Below, piece by piece: positions 7,344 through 10,902 of a stretch of 10,902 nt of DNA. The stretch's first letter is position 1, and each line of letters begins with the position of its first letter. The translations under genes and the position numbers were made by a program. The stretch is from Sandaracinaceae bacterium. GTDB lineage: Bacteria; Myxococcota_A; Polyangia; Polyangiales; Sandaracinaceae. A model generated the notes under the pieces. It did no database searches, was not told where the DNA came from, and saw nothing but the letters and a program-made list of their open reading frames with translations. Location of the stretch: the NCBI GenBank assembly GCA_044220955.1, contig JBGAQA010000155.1:1-10902 (forward strand), in the 5' to 3' direction.

Positions 7344-8468
7344 ATGCATCGGGGAGTGCGCGACTACATCCGCTGGCTCGAAGACAACCGGACCCGGCCG
7401 GACGTGGGCCTGCAGCCCCCTGCGACGATGCGGGATCTGACCGCCATCGAGCACGAGACGGGCTCCCCGATCCCGCTCGATCTGCGCCTCGTGCTCGGTC
7501 GCTTCAACGGCGCGCAGACGCCCGCCGGTACCCTGCTCACGGCAGCCGCGGGCCCTGGATCGACGATCGAGGCCGCCCTCAAGGAGGTCGCCGCGCAGCG
7601 GGCGTGCTCGTGGCTCGACCCGGACATGCTGCTGCCTTTCGCGCGGACGGAGCACGGCGCGATCCTGGCGTTCGACCGCAGCGCTGCCCCCGTCGCCGAC
7701 ACGTGGCCCATCGTCGACTACGACCCCGAGAGCGGCGAGGTCCGCATCGTGCACCGCACGTTCGACGGCTGGTGCCGCACCTGCGTGGGCGAGTGGAACC
7801 ACCCCGACTTCGATCAGCCCTTCACGCTCGATCGCTACATCGCGGCCGGCCGCCGGCACGCCGAGGCCGAGCCGGACGTGTCGATCGCGCACGTGACCGT
7901 CGGCCACGGCCTGCGCCGGGCGGGCGAGCCGGAGGACGCGCTCGCGTCCTACCTGCGCGGTGCCCGCTGCGTGCCCGCCGTCCCGTGGGCCGACTGGGAG
8001 GCGCTCAAGCTCGCCGCGACGCTCCACGACCCCCGGGCAGTCCTCGAGACCGCCTCGCGCCTCGCCAAGCGCACGCCCGAGAAGACCTGGGAGATGCGGG
8101 GCACCACGCCGTCGCGCGTCACGTACCTCGTGGCGCGGACGCTGCGGTCCGAGTCGCCCGAGCCGCGCACGCAGTTCCTGCGGGCGATGGATCACCTCGA
8201 GACGCAGGCGCTCGACGACGACGACCGCGCCGCCATCCGCGGGATCATCGAGGCGATCGAGGTCGGCGGCCCCATCCCTCTTCCTTCGCCGCCGAAGGGG
8301 AACGTGGTGCCGCCGCAGGCGGATCCGGAGGCGTGGTGGCAGGCGATGCGCGCGGCGTACGCGGCGGGGCAGCTGCGCGACGACGACCTCGCGCTCGACC
8401 CGACCTACGACGCGCTCGAGCGCACGCACGTCCTGGGCGACATCCTGCGCGTCCGCCGCGAGTTCTGA
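7344..8468 (+). CDS. SMI1/KNR4 (SUKH) family protein with C-terminal TPR-like helical region
   Basis: The N-terminal LQPPATMRDLTAIEHETGSPIPLDLRLVLGRFNG ... LLPFART..G..LAFD ... PIVDYDPE ... TFDGW pattern matches the SMI1/KNR4 signature. It is followed by a TPR-like repeat (EPDVSIAHVTVGHGLRRAGEPEDALASYLRG). Confidence 0.8.
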   Translation: MHRGVRDYIRWLEDNRTRPDVGLQPPATMRDLTAIEHETGSPIPLDLRLVLGRFNGAQTPAGTLLTAAAGPGSTIEAALKEVAAQRACSWLDPDMLLPFARTEHGAILAFDRSAAPVADTWPIVDYDPESGEVRIVHRTFDGWCRTCVGEWNHPDFDQPFTLDRYIAAGRRHAEAEPDVSIAHVTVGHGLRRAGEPEDALASYLRGARCVPAVPWADWEALKLAATLHDPRAVLETASRLAKRTPEKTWEMRGTTPSRVTYLVARTLRSESPEPRTQFLRAMDHLETQALDDDDRAAIRGIIEAIEVGGPIPLPSPPKGNVVPPQADPEAWWQAMRAAYAAGQLRDDDLALDPTYDALERTHVLGDILRVRREF

Positions 8469-8469
8469 G

Positions 8470-8496
8470 CCGGCGCGGCTCGGCGCGGGGCGCCGG
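8470..8496. terminator. Possible hairpin between convergent genes
   Basis: CCGGCGC (8470-8476) and GCGCCGG (8490-8496) form a 7-bp stem with a 13-nt loop in the 32-bp gap between two stop codons. There is no U-tract, and such stems arise easily at this GC content. Confidence 0.2.
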
Positions 8497-8500
8497 ACGA

Positions 8501-8848
8501 TCAGTTCGGGTCCGCGGGGTCGTCCAGGTACGCGATCGCGCGCACGAGCGAGACCACACGGTCGCGCTCCTCGAGATCCAGGGGCGAGAACCGGATGCCC
8601 ATCCCCGGGTTCGGGTTGTCGTCGTTGCGGACGGGGTTGATCCAGACGACCTCGCCCGGGAGCACCATGTCGCTGCCCGCGAAGCCGATCGCCACACGGG
8701 TCCCGATCGGCAGCGGCCGATCCGTGCGCACGAAGACGCCGAGCTCGTGCAGGTTCGCGACGTACGCGAACAAGAACGTCTCGTCGTCCCCCGTCTCGAC
8801 CATCACGTCGGGGGGGCGCGCCTCGAGCCGTTCGGCCGGCAGGCTCAT
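8501..8848 (-). CDS. PilZ-like domain protein (myxobacterial TIGR02266-type)
   Basis: FLFAYVANLHELGVFVRTDRPLPIGTRV...GEVVWINP...PGMGIRF pattern of myxobacterial stand-alone PilZ paralogues, with N-terminal RLEAR (RxxxR). The start is either ATG 8848 or GTG 8866. Confidence 0.85.
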   Translation of the reverse strand: MSLPAERLEARPPDVMVETGDDETFLFAYVANLHELGVFVRTDRPLPIGTRVAIGFAGSDMVLPGEVVWINPVRNDDNPNPGMGIRFSPLDLEERDRVVSLVRAIAYLDDPADPN

Positions 8849-8905
8849 CGTGATCGGGCCTAGCACGGTCCTCGCCTCGCGCTCAACGTCGAAGCACGCG
8901 CCGCG

Positions 8906-10902
8906 TCAGCGGACGTGGAGCGTACCGGCGATGCAGCGGTTCACGTCGTCCTCGCGGCCCTCGAGGATCTCGAGGCGCGTCTCTCCGCTGTAGAAGCCGA
9001 TGAAGTACTGGTAGTCACCCGCCGGGAAGTTCGCGGGCACGCGCAGCTCCTGCCGGTCGACCACGACGTCCCCCTGGTCCCAGAGCCGCACCGGATAGTG
9101 CCCCTGCACCGGCTCGTGGTCGCCGTTCAGGCGCTGGCCGTAGCCGTCGACGTGCAGGAAGATCTGGTAGCCGGCCGGCACGGGCGCGATCGAGCGCCAG
9201 TACCACGTGATGGCGAACTGCTGGCCCGGGCCGGCGGTGTCGGGGCGGGGTGACTCCAGGTCGTAGCCGACGAGCTCGACGCGGCGATCGAAGTTGCAGT
9301 GCACCTCGTGCTGCATCGTCGAGGGCACGGCGTCGAGGACCGAGCCCTCGAGGTAGTTCTCGTCCGCCCGCCCCTCGATCGGCTGGTTGGTCGCGAGCAG
9401 CACGCGCGCGCTGCGGGCGTCCGCGACGAAGAGGTGCCGTCCCGGGTGCCCGGCACCGGCGGTTCGTCGGCGGTACGCGCGATCGAGCGCCGAGAGGTCG
9501 TCGGCGCGGAAAGCCAGCCAGACGCGGTCCTCGCGCAGCAGGAAGTCGATCGCCCCGGCCTCGTCCGCCAGCTCGCTCACGTCGCCCTGCGCGTAGTACG
9601 CCGCAGCACGCCCGCCGACCCGGTACTCCCCGAGCGGCTCGTCGTCCGCGGCGAGCGCGTTGTAGGTGTCGTACACCTCGCGCGGCGAGAAGTGCTGCGA
9701 CAGCTCCGGCTCGAAGCCGAGCGAGACGTAGCCGCCACATACGAGCGAGGCGACCATCATCGGGACGAGCGCCTGCTCGCCGAGCTTGAAGAAGAGCAGG
9801 CGCGCCCCACGCACGATCGCGTAGGCGCCGACGACACCGAACGGGACGAAGAGGAGAGCCCGTCCGACGCGGACGCCGAGGCTCGAGATGCCGGGCGCCG
9901 CGAGGATCAGGCATCCGATCGCGAACCCGGAGGCCAGCCACGCGATCAGCGCGACCCAGGGGGCGAAGCGCCGCGAAGCGGCCGCGAAGGGCATCACCAT
10001 CAAGCGCGCCGCGAGGCCGCCCACGACCGCGACGATCGCGAGCGCGATGCCGACGTACACGAGCGTCTCGTACGGGCGCACGTCGTCGCCCAGGCTCCAC
10101 GAGAGCGTACCGAACCCGAGGAAGCCGGACGCGAGCACCGCGAGGACCGTCATCCAGCCCGCGGTCGTCCGGCCCCGGGCCCACTGCGCCCGCCAGAGCC
10201 GCACCGGCGCGGCGAGCTCGTCCTTCAGCGACGCGAACGTCTCGGTGCGGTCCGTGGCGAGGCCGAGGAACGCCAGGCCGGCGAAGGCGCACAGGACGAT
10301 CGCCCAGCGCGAGCGCGGGTTGAAGGGCTCGGGCGCGACGAGATCGGTGAGGGCGAGCGCCGACGCGGGCGTGCCCGGGTACTCGGCGAAGTCGCGGATC
10401 TGCAGGACGACCAGGAGCAGCGTCACGAGCGCGGCCGCCCACGAGCCTCGGCCGTCTCGCTCGACGGTGCGCAGGTAGAGCGCCACGACGATCGCGAGCG
10501 ACATGGCCGGGAGGAACGGTGCGCTTCCGTAGCGAGACTCGAAGACGGTCTCCGCCGCGAGCCCCGCCGCGGCCCACATCACCGCCGCCGCCCCGAGCGC
10601 GCTCTCGACGTCGGCACGCGGGTCCTCGTCCGCGCGGGGCGCGCTGCGTGTCAGCACGCTCCCGATCGCGATCGGCAGCACCGCGCTCCAGGGCGCGTAC
10701 GAGTGGAAGATCCGCTCGATGTCGACCTCGAAGGTCGGCGGCGTGCCCGCGTGCGGGATGCTGCCGATCCACGCGTTGTACTCCTCGGCGTTCTGCGCGA
10801 TGGCGCGCACGATCATCAGCGTCACGGCGGTGGCCGACACCGCCACGGCGGCCGCCGCGGCCCGCCCCCCCGAGGGCCCCCGCGCGAGCTCCTCGCGGCG
10901 AG
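8906..10902 (-). CDS. Large polytopic membrane protein, probable GT-C (ArnT/PMT-like) glycosyltransferase with C-terminal beta-sandwich domain; N-terminus outside the window
   Basis: The frame stays open beyond 10846 to the window edge (...RREELARGPSGGRAAAAAV). There are many TM segments, with PWSAVLP and FLPAMSLA loops resembling ArnT-like proteins. The C-terminal FDRRVELVGYDL...ITWYW...IFLHVDG...DHEP...YP..LW..GD domain is commonly appended to such proteins. The catalytic N-terminal loop is not visible. Confidence 0.7.
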   Translation of the reverse strand, partial: RREELARGPSGGRAAAAAVAVSATAVTLMIVRAIAQNAEEYNAWIGSIPHAGTPPTFEVDIERIFHSYAPWSAVLPIAIGSVLTRSAPRADEDPRADVESALGAAAVMWAAAGLAAETVFESRYGSAPFLPAMSLAIVVALYLRTVERDGRGSWAAALVTLLLVVLQIRDFAEYPGTPASALALTDLVAPEPFNPRSRWAIVLCAFAGLAFLGLATDRTETFASLKDELAAPVRLWRAQWARGRTTAGWMTVLAVLASGFLGFGTLSWSLGDDVRPYETLVYVGIALAIVAVVGGLAARLMVMPFAAASRRFAPWVALIAWLASGFAIGCLILAAPGISSLGVRVGRALLFVPFGVVGAYAIVRGARLLFFKLGEQALVPMMVASLVCGGYVSLGFEPELSQHFSPREVYDTYNALAADDEPLGEYRVGGRAAAYYAQGDVSELADEAGAIDFLLREDRVWLAFRADDLSALDRAYRRRTAGAGHPGRHLFVADARSARVLLATNQPIEGRADENYLEGSVLDAVPSTMQHEVHCNFDRRVELVGYDLESPRPDTAGPGQQFAITWYWRSIAPVPAGYQIFLHVDGYGQRLNGDHEPVQGHYPVRLWDQGDVVVDRQELRVPANFPAGDYQYFIGFYSGETRLEILEGREDDVNRCIAGTLHVR

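Noticed and set aside
5578..10772. Long overlapping ORFs 5578..6840, 5591..7228, 6968..8863, 7059..8429 and 9015..10772
   Set aside because: They overlap well-supported genes and have low-complexity Arg/Pro/Gly-rich translations typical of GC-rich off-frames.

Overview
A very GC-rich (roughly 70-75% by eye), fully coding bacterial window. Gene content (TIGR02266-type PilZ protein, DAG-repeat lipoprotein, GT-C-like membrane proteins) points to Myxococcota, probably Polyangia/Sandaracinus-like (inference). Eight genes are supported: a partial lipoprotein (-), a GT-C-like membrane glycosyltransferase (+), an unusual Zn-knuckle membrane protein (-), an ALDH16-type extended aldehyde dehydrogenase (+), an MltD-like LysM lytic transglycosylase with a perfect C-terminal tandem repeat (-), an SMI1/KNR4 (SUKH) plus TPR-like protein (+), a PilZ-like protein (-), and a partial polytopic membrane protein with a C-terminal beta-sandwich domain (-). 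I saw no RNA genes, CRISPR arrays or mobile elements. The most notable signals are the 2168-2863 protein, which appears to join an integrase core-binding-like helical domain to a LITAF-like split zinc site and a membrane anchor, and recurring -10 boxes 6-8 nt upstream of GTG starts, suggesting leaderless transcription. No complete new multi-gene system can be demonstrated from the sequence alone.
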